Positions 13,747-26,127 of a stretch of 64,000 nucleotides of DNA are shown here, piece after piece. Position 1 is the first letter of the stretch, and the number at the start of each line of letters is the position of its first letter. Under the pieces are notes generated by a model that searched no databases, was not told the origin of the DNA, and saw only the letters and a list, made by a program, of their open reading frames with translations. This DNA is from Paragordius varius (Eukaryota > Animalia > Nematomorpha), in the NCBI GenBank assembly GCA_964247055.1, contig OZ176051.1, positions 7,254,001 through 7,318,000 of the forward strand, read 5' to 3'. The translations under genes and the position numbers were made by a program.

Positions 13747-14457
13747 TTATTGTTCTACTTTATTAGCTAATAAATTAAAATTAATATTTGTTGTTGCGTT
13801 GAATATATAACCATAATTGGACATAAAATTCATTACATTCTTAATGTTTATACAATCATCCATACCACTATGGTGTCGCCCGTAAAATTTTAATCCAAAA
13901 TAATTAACCATGAATGGCAATCCACCTTTTGGCCAAGTTCTTGTAAATTCCCAAAATGCTACTTTTAGATTTATCCATTGATGAAATAAGGTGAGATCAT
14001 AATATAATTTTAGGAGGTTAAGGTATTTGAGTTGCTGCGGTAAGGCTTCCTGTAAATCCCAATCGCCGCAAGTTACTAGCATAAAATCTTTGTTTGCGAA
14101 TGACAGGTTTTCTTTTCTTAACCAAATGTTGAAATCAGATAACGCGGTTTGTATATCAACGGCAGGAATGTCTTTTGTACCATAATTCACCATATCCTGA
14201 GTGATTCCAGTTAACTTGGTACAGAAATCAGTTAATTGCGGATTTATGGTTGGTTTTACATATCGGTGAAACTTGTTCTCTTCAAACAACAATTTTTTGG
14301 AAAGACCTCCTTGGGTATAAACTTTGATTATGGGGAATTCTATAATTTCCTGCGGTTCTGGTCGACCCTTTTCATAACATGTAGCTTCAAAATCCAAAAC
14401 AAGAAAATATTTAAAAATCTGTTGAACGGGGTTCACGTTTTTATAACATTTAGCCAT
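13747..14457 (-). CDS. ERI3: ERI1/ERI3-family DEDDh 3'-5' exoribonuclease (intronless)
   Basis: ExoI FLVLDFEATC, EIIEFP, ExoII TCGDWDL and ExoIII HHSGMDDC are all intact; single-domain length fits ERI3/Snipper-like proteins. The paralog assignment is less certain than the family. Confidence 0.85.
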   Translation of the reverse strand: MAKCYKNVNPVQQIFKYFLVLDFEATCYEKGRPEPQEIIEFPIIKVYTQGGLSKKLLFEENKFHRYVKPTINPQLTDFCTKLTGITQDMVNYGTKDIPAVDIQTALSDFNIWLRKENLSFANKDFMLVTCGDWDLQEALPQQLKYLNLLKLYYDLTLFHQWINLKVAFWEFTRTWPKGGLPFMVNYFGLKFYGRHHSGMDDCINIKNVMNFMSNYGYIFNATTNINFNLLANKVEQ

Positions 14458-15271
14458 ATGCTATATTCTCTTCAGTTGGTTTCATGTGTCAAATTCGTCT
14501 GCATTAGCTACCTAATTTTGGATGCTAAAAACGCTGGAAAATATATCCTTTTTACCTTATATCAAATATATTTTTTAATTTATACAGTTTCAAAATTATC
14601 AAAGCCCCCTCTTGTCAAAAATGGACAATTTACTAAGTATATTTTTGACTACTTTATCATTATAATACCTTTTTAGCTAAATAAAAAACATAAACACAAT
14701 ATTTTGATTTTTGTTCAACATTATATGATACTAAGGTTTCCGAAATTTAGTTTCAAACAGAATAAATTTTTTAAACGCCTGTTTTTCAAAAACTTTTGTT
14801 AACATGTTACTATTTTGCAAACTTATATAGCATCTATTTTAAACGGTTAAGATTGCATGAACAGTTAAAAATTACATTTGCTTTAGACATAAGGGCGTTT
14901 TATTCCGTATATCACGCTAATTATACAAAACATTGCTAGATAGTTTGATGCCACGATTTAACTTTTGAATCAATAAAAAATATATTTTTACATCATCGCT
15001 ATAAATTTCATAATTCTTCTCCTGTTTTAAGACAAATGATGTTATTTAGCTATTTCAAAATTTTTATTATCCATATACCAGAATTAAAATTTTTTATATA
15101 AATGGTTAAAACAAATTCTTTTACTCTAACACCAAAAACATATGATTTGAATTTCTTATTTCTCAAATATACTTTCATATCAAAAAAATTGTTCTAAATT
15201 AAATGATTTGGATTTTTGCAAATAATAAATATAAATATCTAAATGGTAAATAACGGATTGGTTATGTTTTG

Positions 15272-15836
15272 TAATAACAGTTGTTAAAATCCGTAAAATA
15301 ACGATAAAGGATAATTAAATAGAATTAAATGAAAGTATAAATAGAAATTATAAACGATATGTGAAACCCTTCGTCAATAGTAATCGCAGACTAGTTTCGT
15401 GCTTGTTAGCACTCATCAGTACGACACAACTATTTGACTTGCGGTTTTCACATCGATTGCGTATATATATCCAACTTTGCAATTTTGGTATAAATGCAGT
15501 TGGTTATACGAATTTAAATTATATTTAATGGTATTTATGAAAATTAAACTGAAAATTTGAAAATAAACTGAAAATTAACTCTAGGGGTGAGCCTAGATTT
15601 AGAGTATAACCAACTGCATTTATACCAAAATTGCAAAATTGGATATATATACGAAATCGATATGTAAAAACCCCAAGAATAGTGTCGTACTGATGAGTGC
15701 TAACAAGCACGAAACTAGTCTGCGATTACTATTGACGAAGTGTTCACATATCGTTTATAATTTCTATTTATACTTTCATTTAATTCTATTTAATTATCCT
15801 TTATCGTTATTTTACGGATTTTAACAACTGTTATTA
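15272..15836. mobile_element. Foldback/MITE-like inverted repeat (~237-bp arms, ~94-bp spacer)
   Basis: 15272-15509 is the near-perfect reverse complement of 15604-15836 (TAATAACAGTTGTTAAAATCCG...CGGATTTTAACAACTGTTATTA). Confidence 0.85.
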
Positions 15837-16564
15837 TAAATATCTAAAGTCCTTATTTATTTATTATGTAACGGGCTTTTATCTATGCAACTTATGCTTC
15901 GGTTATAATCATGCGTAGTTTGATTAATATTATGATTTTAATTTTGAGAAAATATTTAAAAGGAATCATAAAGGATAAGAAAATATAGAGTTTTGACAAG
16001 ATGTTGCAAATAAATATAAAAATGAAGTTAGAGTTATTTTTTCTTATATTCTTTTGTCTCAAAACATATCGAGGCACTTATTTGATGGGGTTTAAAAGAC
16101 ATAGGGATATGACGTTAGCTGTTATCATAATCAGATTTTCCAAAAATTATTGGTTAATATTAAAATATGTCCATTATGTATATATGACGTTATTTCCACA
16201 ACATTAGTTTATGATTTGTATAATTCTTGGTATACTGATTTAATTTTTAGGCATCTGCATATGAAATGCTTGAGACAAAAAAACCCACTTTATTGGTTCT
16301 GTCTAAACCAGAACTAAAACTTTAATAATTAGAAATACTAATTATTTATGATTTTATTATAGAGTATAGAACTACTGTTAAAAAATTGTACCTACGACTC
16401 CATTGATGGTAACTATAAATCATATCTTTGAGTTTTCACTTCTAATTTAAACATTTTTTGAAAACTACTGGCATATCGGCAACATTGTCCAGAGTTTTGA
16501 TTAACTTGCTTCTAATGTTTTATAATTTCGAAATTTTTACCGACTAAAAAATTGTTGAATTAAC

Positions 16565-17881
16565 ATGGAACAATCTATGGAAGAATGGATAAAAAATATT
16601 TTGGAAACGAAAAAACCTTCCGTTAATGTTTACACTGATGACTTAAATATCCAAAATATTGTTAAGGATGGCTATCGTGAAAATTATTTTACAATATTGA
16701 GTGAATTGATCAACACAAAAAATGTTTACCACATATGTATATTCACTTACGTATTAAACGATATAATATCCCAATTCTCAAACATTGACAAATTCGCTGA
16801 CGACATAATCCATATGATTGAAAGAAAACTTTTGTGTTGTTGCAACACAGAAAAAGATCTAACATCATATTCAAACATTAGTTTGAAATTGTTACTAACA
16901 GTTGCTAATGAAATTCAGCTTAAATCGCATATAGTCAATATTTTATTTGATAAATTAATAGCGTTTTACACGGATTGGGATACAAATTATGACAGCATTA
17001 AAGCGTTCACTAACAATAAAAATTTAGAAAATTTATTTGTAAAAGCCAAAGATGTAGAATTGGGCCTATGTGACACTATAGATTTGGAGTTTATATTAAA
17101 CAATATAATTACCTACCTGGATCATATAAAAAATAAATTATATCAAATCAAATTTTTGCATACCTTATTCAAGGTACACGCACACATTAGTTTTTATTTA
17201 AAAGATCAAACATTTCAATCAATAATGTCAAAATTAGCACACCATATATCCTTTAATCAAGATGCCACGGTGCGTAAAGAATCTCAAAAAATCTTTGAAA
17301 CCTTTATTCAAGAAATACAATCGGACGAAGATAAATCACCAATGTTTTTCATAACTTTCATGCAAAATGATAAAACATTGACCGATTCAATTCAAGCTTA
17401 TTTATTTACCAAAATTCGGTTTCACCCTAATCAAACTGTCAGCGATGATATGATTGAACTATGCCTTAAATATTGGATTGATACGTTTCCAAAATCATTG
17501 TGTGAATCAGATTTAACGTTATATGAATTGGCAACATTTGCAGAAAACTTAAATAAACATTGCCATTCGATTCCAAGCCTCCTAAATTTTTTCCGTTATT
17601 TATTGCTACTTATAATTGGAAAATATCCATTAGGTAACAACAATCAAACAATAATGTTATTAACCGTTATATATGATAAAATAATTCCATATTTTCGACA
17701 AAATTTGCAACGTTTCATTCAACTCACAAATGTGATAAAAAATGGCCCATCGGAAAATGATCGGTGTACAAATGAAATAAAATATGAAAAAGACATTTAC
17801 ATCAATAATATTTATCTATTTTTGTCATTGATAGACCGTATACAAGAATTATCAAATAATATAATGCTGAATAAAAAATAA
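16565..17881 (+). CDS. Intronless 438-aa uncharacterised, probably all-helical protein
   Basis: 1317-bp open frame from an ATG in AT-rich DNA where stops are frequent; amphipathic Leu/Ile-rich composition; no family motif recognised. Confidence 0.75.
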   Translation: MEQSMEEWIKNILETKKPSVNVYTDDLNIQNIVKDGYRENYFTILSELINTKNVYHICIFTYVLNDIISQFSNIDKFADDIIHMIERKLLCCCNTEKDLTSYSNISLKLLLTVANEIQLKSHIVNILFDKLIAFYTDWDTNYDSIKAFTNNKNLENLFVKAKDVELGLCDTIDLEFILNNIITYLDHIKNKLYQIKFLHTLFKVHAHISFYLKDQTFQSIMSKLAHHISFNQDATVRKESQKIFETFIQEIQSDEDKSPMFFITFMQNDKTLTDSIQAYLFTKIRFHPNQTVSDDMIELCLKYWIDTFPKSLCESDLTLYELATFAENLNKHCHSIPSLLNFFRYLLLLIIGKYPLGNNNQTIMLLTVIYDKIIPYFRQNLQRFIQLTNVIKNGPSENDRCTNEIKYEKDIYINNIYLFLSLIDRIQELSNNIMLNKK

Positions 17882-18355
17882 TTGTGTTGCATTTATTCAT
17901 AAAACATATAATTATAACCAAACACTCGCATCCATCTTTTTCGTCCAAAAATTTTGACTACTACTGCGCATATCATGTGTCCGGTATTTTTATTTTATGA
18001 GCTATAAAAAATATGTTATTAAATTATATATTTTATTTAATATAGTATTTGTTGCAGTTTTATGTATATATTTATTAAAAAGAGATTTATTAAATGTTAT
18101 GTAAAAAAACAAAATAATTATTGAAACAATTTTTGGATCCAGTTCTGGTTTAAAATCATTTTTTTCACAAAGAAACGGTTGACACCATATTCATAGATTG
18201 TCTAACTATTTTTTTAATAGTGAATAGCCATTAAAATATAAAAACTGCTTTATTAGATAGTCTGCTATATTTTTTAATAATATAATCTTTTCTTTTCCAT
18301 TAAAAAGAAAACAATATTAACAAATAAAAGAAATAAACTTTTTACACCAGCAGTT

Positions 18356-21300
18356 TTATTCACAAAAATAATCTTTTAAATTACAACATAATTGACACAT
18401 TGTGTAAAAAGTAAAATAAACCTGCATTTGGTAATTTAATTGCGTCTGAATCATGATATAAGCATTCGTGAGGTACAGTTCGATATTCGTAATTTATGTA
18501 TAAATATTTATCTTTCCCATATTGCATATCATAAAATCCAGGAATATTAACCTGTTCATATAATAGAGTTTTTTTATAAATGGTGTGTGTGGTTTTTTTA
18601 CCAAATGTAAATGTAAATTCACTTTTGATCCTGGTGGTATTGTTAATCGTGAGCTTTGGACAAGACATTGGACAGCTATTGTAACATCAATCATTCTATT
18701 AAAGTTAAAATGTAATTTACAACCATTTTAGCTAAAATTAGAAATAAATTACATTAAATAAATTTATAATATACTTACTGAGTTAACAAAGTGTTTGAGC
18801 TTTTTATGAAACCGTTTGGTATGGAATTGTTTTGATTTGTATGGAATATACTGGCATTTTGATAATCCACAATATCAGATGATACACCATAAAATGCATG
18901 GTGAATAATTAGTCCCAATTTTTGTTGCTCGCCAACAATTAATTTCTCACACGATTCTTTCATTAATTCTGTCTATTGCATGCATATTTATGTAAATAGT
19001 TTGAAATGTCAATCTAATCAAAAAAATAAAAATATATCTTACCATATTCAAGGCTTCGTTCCTTTTTTCTATCAAGTTTTCGTTAAACTTTTTCCATTCA
19101 TTAGTGATGTGACTAAAAATAATATATATAAAGAGTGCCAAATATTAGTTTTAATATATTATTGCCAAAAACGGAATCCCCATTTCTATTTTATAAAATA
19201 TGGTTTTTGGTATCCTTGTACTTAACTACAATAAATCATACTTAATAAAGAAATATTAACAAAAACGAATGTTACGCATAAATTAAAAAGAAATCCGTAA
19301 AATCTCCATAATATTTCAAAACACCCAGAGTCAATAATTTTACATTCCATAGAGAAATAAGTTTACCATCATTTAGTTTCAATATAACCATGAACATAAA
19401 TTTAAAGCGGTGCGACAGAATGCTAGTTTTTATTTTGGCTAAATGCAAAAACCCATATATTTTTCGTTTAACCCGATTTATGTTTGCCATATAAACATTT
19501 TTACCACCGTTTTAGGCGTATGGCAAAATCATTTGTGAATGAAAAATATAATTGAAGTATAAAAATAAACCTAGCTTCCTGTTTTTGAATGTATGGTTCA
19601 ACGATGCATTTTTGGACTAGACCGTATACGACTAACGGCAGTATTGTACCAATAACGATTGGTTGAGGTAAGAGATCTTGACAAAGCACCAAAATGCAAG
19701 AAAAATTTTGATTTGCTCGATTAAATCTGTGACAACATAATAAAATATAAAAAATTTTTTATAAATTAATATTGGAGTACATTTTAGTGATAAAACACAC
19801 AATTTTGATCCAACAACACAAAAATTATATGAAAATTATATTATATTGTTAGCGGAGTGATAAAAGCGTGATAAAAAACATTCACTTCAACCTATATTAT
19901 ATAATAATTTGCTTGAATAAAGCCAAATTATATGTCCTTAAAAAAGAAACTGATATTTTAAAATGGGTGGTTTTGTAATAAAGACAACTTATCCAGTTTT
20001 TTTAGATGTTTAAATAATTATTGAAAAATAACTTTGGCGATAAAAATTTGATATATGGGTTAAAAATTTATTTTTTAAATATGTGTTTTGTAAAGTGCGA
20101 ATAAAAAGAAATGCAGAAGGATATTTTTTAAATTAATCAAAACTAATATATATTAATCCCTTCGGTAGAAAACATGTCCCCTTTTAAAAAATATATAATA
20201 TCCAGGCTACAAAATACCCATACACCCGCTAGTTTGTGAAAAGACATTAAATGACTTAACTCAAAAACTAGAACTAATAAAAAAACGAAAATGCCAATGT
20301 TATTATAGGACATAGATCCACAGGGCAGTTTATAAAAGGCCTCTGATATTACCAAACAATAAATTAGTTAAGTTCATAGTAAAGCGGTATGATAACTAAT
20401 GTAAATCAAACTTTTAAGCTAAATAATAAAAGTCAAAACCAAACTAAACCTCTTTTTAATTAATAAATCAAACCAAACTTAGATATGTAAATCAATATAA
20501 ATTTAAGGCAAACTTTAAAACTAGGTTAACTCCAAATGGAACACCACAACTTAGATAGGCCCCGACAGTTGTTTGTGTAGAATAAAACTGTTTTGTGAAT
20601 TGATTTTCTTGGTCATCGTCATTATTGTCATTTTGTTCCATTTTGTCGCCTTTTTTTTCTTGGAAAGATAGAAAGCTTGGTTGATTGATAAATATATGTT
20701 CACAACCATATTCTACCAAAAAACCTGACGTTCCTAACCTAAATATAATTTAATATAACCAATTAATTTTAAAGGCTAAAAAACGTTAAGAATGTACCAC
20801 GCAGAGTTATTTTTTGAGTGATTTTATAAATGGTTTTATTTAATAAATATATAGAATAAATTGGTTTAACACACGTTTTTGTGATATCTAAACCCGAACT
20901 ATTAGCTTTAACCCCAAAAAATGGTTTATATCTTTTCGCAACTGGGAGTCGCTCCAAGAACATGATTTTTCATATTTATATTTTTTGCATATAAACAGTA
21001 TTAACCTTATTTATAAATATGTTTAGAAGTTACAATTTAGGTTTCTCAAACAAAGTGGTATAAATAAATTGTAGTTTAATTCCAAAAAGCAATGGAATAA
21101 CCAAAATATTTTAAAATCTAAACCGAAACCAAAAATCAGGTTCGAATCCCTGGATATAACCCATCAATCATGTAATATTAAAAATATATAATTTTACCTT
21201 AATTGAAATTTTAGCTTGTATTTTGAGTCAAATATTTTGGAAGAACACGACAGTGAAAGGAATGAATGTGGTATTCCCAACTAGAATATATGATATTAAT

Positions 21301-22586
21301 TATATAGATTGTGCAAAAATATAAAACACCAGATAGGCGGCTTCATTGAATATAAAAGTTGTAAGAATAATAATAAAAATTAATCGAAATTGATTTGTCT
21401 AAGAAATATATACGAATATATTAGGAAATTTTTTTTTAAAAATATAATGGAATTATTTTTTACTACGATATTGTAAAAACTAATTATGCAATGAATGAAC
21501 AAAAAATACTTGAAAAGTTGCGACTAAACGGTTATTCATAGTCTGGCGAATAAGTGATGTAGATAAACCCGAATCCAATCCAAATCGCCAATTTAATTGA
21601 CCAGTCAAATGAGTATCTAATTGTCTTGATAACGCTAAAATAACATTTTTAACATATAACATATATGAATTTATGCTTGCTTTATGCAAAATGGCTTTCT
21701 AATATAGCAAAATTGAGAGAATTACGCATTATATATTATGATTATTAAAAATTAAGCTAAAATGCGTATATTATAAGTTTTAAAAATTTTATTTTCGATT
21801 GTAAAATCCTTATTGAAAAAAAAATTGTCCAAATATATATTTTTTATATTTTTATTCCATGGTTACCAAAGTTAACTTGAAAAAAAAGTTAATCGTTTAG
21901 GTATTACAATATTATTAAAAAAACAAATTATTGATAAAAAATCAATCATACAAATCAATAATTTTACAATGAAAAATAAAAATTAACAATTTTTAACCGT
22001 AAGTTTTATTTGAAAAAACTTACCAATATTTACAGCAGGGTACATTATACCTTCTCCAGTGAGTCGTGTGTTAATACCACCATTAAAAAACCTAATTAAA
22101 AATAAATATTTATATAATTTCTAAAACACAATATTATTATGTTTGACTAGCTTTTTCTAAAAAATAAAAAACCAAATTATACTAACTATAGGTATAGATA
22201 AAAAACAATTTACATTCTTTGAGTTAATGCTCGAAAATGACGACATGAAATAAGGAGACCATCACCAATTGATAAACCAACCTATTAAAAAAATAATATA
22301 TACCATTTATAATTCATATTCACCCTTGAACACTTCAAATTCACCCTCGAACAATTTGATAAAATAAATTATGTGCTTTTCTACATTAAAAATTCTAAAA
22401 AAATAATAAACTATATCATAAAAATATATTTTATATTAATGATGAGTTATATTGGCCCAAAAACACATAATTTATTTTTAGGGTGAATTTGAATTGTTCA
22501 AGGGATTTGAATTCTTCAAGGGTGAATTCGAATTGTAAATGGTATATCTTCCATGATAAAACTTAATCACAGTAAAATTGAATGCG

Positions 22587-22654
<68 letters not shown>

Positions 22655-24449
22655 GTAAAAAACGAATAAAAAGAAATATACGAGAGGAGCGCAGAACAAA
22701 TTTAAATATTTTTAGAGTAATGCTAAAAAATAAAATAATGGATGGTTTTTTCCATGACAAAAATTTTCATTTTGTTCCTTTATTTTTTATGTTTAAAAAT
22801 TAAAAAAAGTGTATCCCTAATATAAACTTATTAACTCATGGTAATTATGTCTGATATTTAGTTTACTAGAAATTGTATACCCTTTGTGGGTATTTTGCGT
22901 CAATAATCAGGTGAAAAAAGTAAATTTTATCAACTTTAAAAAACTGATAAATGATTGGAATTTAATTGAAATTAACGTGTTTAGTACATTTTTTTTCAAA
23001 AAGGGTCATGATGCGACTTATTAGCCAGTATTTTTCTAAAATCTGGATGAATATAGCAAGTTATCGTATAATTTATGCACCAAATCTATATAAAAAATGA
23101 CCAATTCTAAAACTATTTGCAGAAAATTAAATTAATGGAAAAAAACATAAACTTCACTCCATTTATCCGCACTATGAATTTTACGATAGGTTGTAGTCAA
23201 GTCCCCACCCCCTGTACCATTTTTTGCATTAACTGAACCGGAAAGAACTAACGTTTCCGTTGAAGAAAGTTGCGATTCAACCGATTGAAATATATTCATA
23301 CTCATGATATCTATATCACTCAATGCCCTACATACATATAATTGTGCAACAAAAAATAAATACTAAAAAAATTTTAAATTCAGTCAAAATTTGGGATAAG
23401 GTATGAAATAAATAAGTAATGTTTACAAACACCTGATTAATTTTTTTAGTGAAAATATTTTAAGATTATTTTTAAGATTACTTGTTATTAATTTTTATAA
23501 AAAGTTGTATTTCTTTAAAGATGAACCAATCACTGTACTATAGGTTTGGTGACTTTTAAAAGTAAAAGAAAATATATAAGTTTCGGAGTCAATAGAATAA
23601 TTAACGATCAATTTATTTGGTAAACATTAATTTATAATGAAAAATAGGCTTTAATAATTCCAAATTCGTTTTCCAATATAGCCCGAAAAACATATGCAAC
23701 AGTATTAATTGATTATGAACCAGTTAAAACATTTTGACCCAATAAAAGTTTTATTGTTAAACCATCATTCGAACGGTCAATTATATAGGGTTAAGTTAAA
23801 TATTTTCAAATCAAAAATATTTCCCTAAAAATTTCAAAAATCATGCAGGACAAATGTAAAATATAATTATGTGTTTTGTGAGAAAAAGTCATTTAACAAT
23901 TTAAAACGCCAAATGTTTACGTGTAGGTGTTAAGGATGTGGTCGAATAATTGATGGGTGTTATTATCAGGAAATTCTTTATCATAATTATTTTGAATTGT
24001 ATCAAAAAAATTTGTTGCATCCAAAACAACTGATATTTGACCTTTTGGATTGGTAGATAACAAATAGTTTTTTTCCTGTTCAATACGATTCATACGTTCA
24101 AATTCTTTTTTAATATCATTCGATGTCTTTATACTCTCAACTAACTGAATATAATTTAGTATAAACCTGCCAACCATCATTATTAAAAGCGTTCTCCCCA
24201 AGCGTATCATAAAGAGCTCGTTTTTGTGGATCACTCAAGATTTCGTGTATTTTTTTAATCTTGTTAAACATAATATTGGCTTGTTCCTTTTTCCAATTTT
24301 CTGTGTGCCTATCAGGATGATAAATACGGCTCAAGCGTCTGTAAGCTGCATTAATTTCATTTATTGTTGACTAATGTTAAAAAATAATTTACGTTGCGCT
24401 CAACCGAAAAAAAGTTGTAATAATCATTATCCCCGTCTCCTCGATACAT
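18356..24449 (-). CDS. DNAJC11: DnaJ homolog subfamily C member 11 (mitochondrial outer membrane), ~15 exons
   Basis: Exons: 24393-24449, 24167-24370 (YHPDRH J-domain), 23921-24144, 23153-23327, 22214-22281, 22024-22091, 21510-21634, 21198-21280, 20514-20738, 19571-19726, 19043-19112, 18779-18972, 18623-18695 (IDVTIAVQCLV), 18422-18551 (IPGFYD), probably 18356-18372. All phases close. The last exon is uncertain; read-through would stop at 18381. Confidence 0.92.
22298..22547. mobile_element. MITE family A, copy 2 (DNAJC11 intron)
   Basis: ATATACCATTTATAATTCATATTCACCC...GGGTGAATTCGAATTGTAAATGGTATAT. Confidence 0.85.
22588..22647. repeat. (TA)n microsatellite
   Basis: ~60 bp TA run with one interruption; similar runs near 3695, 11450, 25965, 47497 and 52268. 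Confidence 0.95.
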
Positions 24450-24621
24450 TTGAATTTCACATGGGTTTTTCGCACACCATAAGGTTTACATTATGAACTA
24501 TTTATGCAAATATAACATTTAACTGTAAAATCCAGATAAAATATATATACATATTATGATAGGAATATAAAGATAATCATTGTGCTTTTGGTTGTAGTCC
24601 TTAAGAATAAAAGAGAGAGTT

Positions 24622-24980
24622 ATATACCATTTACAGTTCAAATTCACCCTTAAACAATTCAAATTCACCCTCGAACAATTCAAATTCACCCTTGAACAAT
24701 TCAAATTCACCCTAAAAATAAATTATGTGTTTTCGAACTAATATAACTCATTATTAATATAAATTATATCTTTATGGCATAATTAATTATTTTTTTCAGT
24801 ATTATTTTAATTTAAAACAAAATTTTATTTTTTAAAAATATATTAAAATATAGGTATTTTTAATCTTAAAAAACATGTTATTTATTTGAGGGTGAATTTG
24901 AATTGTTTAAGGGTGAATTTGAATTGTTCGAGGGTGAATTTGAATTGTTTAAGGGTGAATTTGAACTGTAAATGGTATAT
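24622..24980. mobile_element. MITE family A, best-preserved copy (~90-bp TIRs built from 21-bp subrepeats)
   Basis: Left ATATACCATTTACAG-TTCAAATTCACCC followed by 21-bp units mirrors right ...GGGTGAATTTGAA-CTGTAAATGGTATAT with about one mismatch; TA-flanked. Confidence 0.92.
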
Positions 24981-25960
24981 CACTTTCGATATCGTAAAAT
25001 CGCAAAATTAGTTTAGATTATGTTTAACAACTTTGTTTTAAGAAAGTCTCAAATTTTTGGACCCGTATAAAATGGGTTTTCTTAATTTACGAAAAAATGA
25101 CGATATTAAGCGATAGAAATATTAAATGTATGGTATTTTCTAATCAAAAACCGAAAAATTGGATATATGATGAAAAATTTTTTATATAGCAAAATTTTGG
25201 CGGAGCGGGACATTTTCAGAAGTGGAAACGCTATAAAAGTACGTTAATACGTGTAAAAAAATTTCCGCAAAAATCAATCGTGTGAGTAATTCTATCACCT
25301 CAGATTTAAATTTAGTGTATTTTATAAAAAACCTATGTGTACATTAAATTAATGACAAACGAGTTTTTAACATTTTAGCTGTAGTTAAGGATCATCGAAT
25401 CAAAAAAAGGGTGTTTTTATAATATTTTAAAGGGTATTTATACCGTTTTCATCTTGCCTTACTCATTAACATTTTGCTAATATATAATTTTTCACACTTC
25501 ATTAAATTTTTATTCGCAGAGCTTGAAGTAGTAAACAAATTGTTTTATTATTTGTCTTGGTTAAAATAAAATTATTAAACTCTCTTTTCTTATACATAGC
25601 TTCCACAAAAATAACCTATCATGGTGCTTTTGGTTTTTGTCCTTACGATTCATATAAGAAAATCCATTGCGCTTAAATTTCGCTAAATTTTGTATAAAAA
25701 GTTAACGAGGGCTTATGGGGCCACATCTGGCCTGCGGGACGCGTTTTGGACTTCTCTGTTTTAAACTATAATAATCTGTAATCATCCAAAGTAAATATCA
25801 AACTTCAAGCTTATAAATGGATCAGGGCAAATTCTAAGGCATCCATTAATAAATTATTGCAAAAATACTATTTCGATATTTTTCAGAATTTAATTTTTCC
25901 TTCTAATTTATAGAATTTTACAAACAAAGGAGAATTTTTATGAAAAGGGTTTTTCTTGAA

Positions 25961-25996
<36 letters not shown>

Positions 25997-26127
25997 CTTA
26001 ATAAAATAAATTTGGTCTTAATATTCGGCCAGACAGTTTTATAGTAGTGCCATTTATTAGTAAAGTAATAAAATAAAGTTATATAATTATCATATGAGAA
26101 TCGATATTTTTTGCTCCGAATATAACA

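Noticed and set aside
14236-14676. 146-aa plus-strand ORF overlapping ERI3
   Set aside because: Antisense shadow of the ERI3 CDS running into AT-rich DNA from a non-ATG start.
20143-20355. Minus-strand ORF as an extra DNAJC11 exon
   Set aside because: Exons 20514-20738 and 19571-19726 already join in frame and match the expected sequence (LVLK-FNRANQ) without it.
22478-22803. ORFs rich in YIYIYI
   Set aside because: Translations of a (TA)n microsatellite and adjacent MITE.
24519-24990. 21-bp repeats resembling a CRISPR array and the ORF MNLNCSRVNLNCSRVNLNC
   Set aside because: The repeats are contiguous without spacers and form MITE TIRs; the context is eukaryotic with no cas genes.
25717-25758. 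GC-rich patch resembling a hAT terminal sequence
   Set aside because: No partner terminus or TSD found; too short to support.
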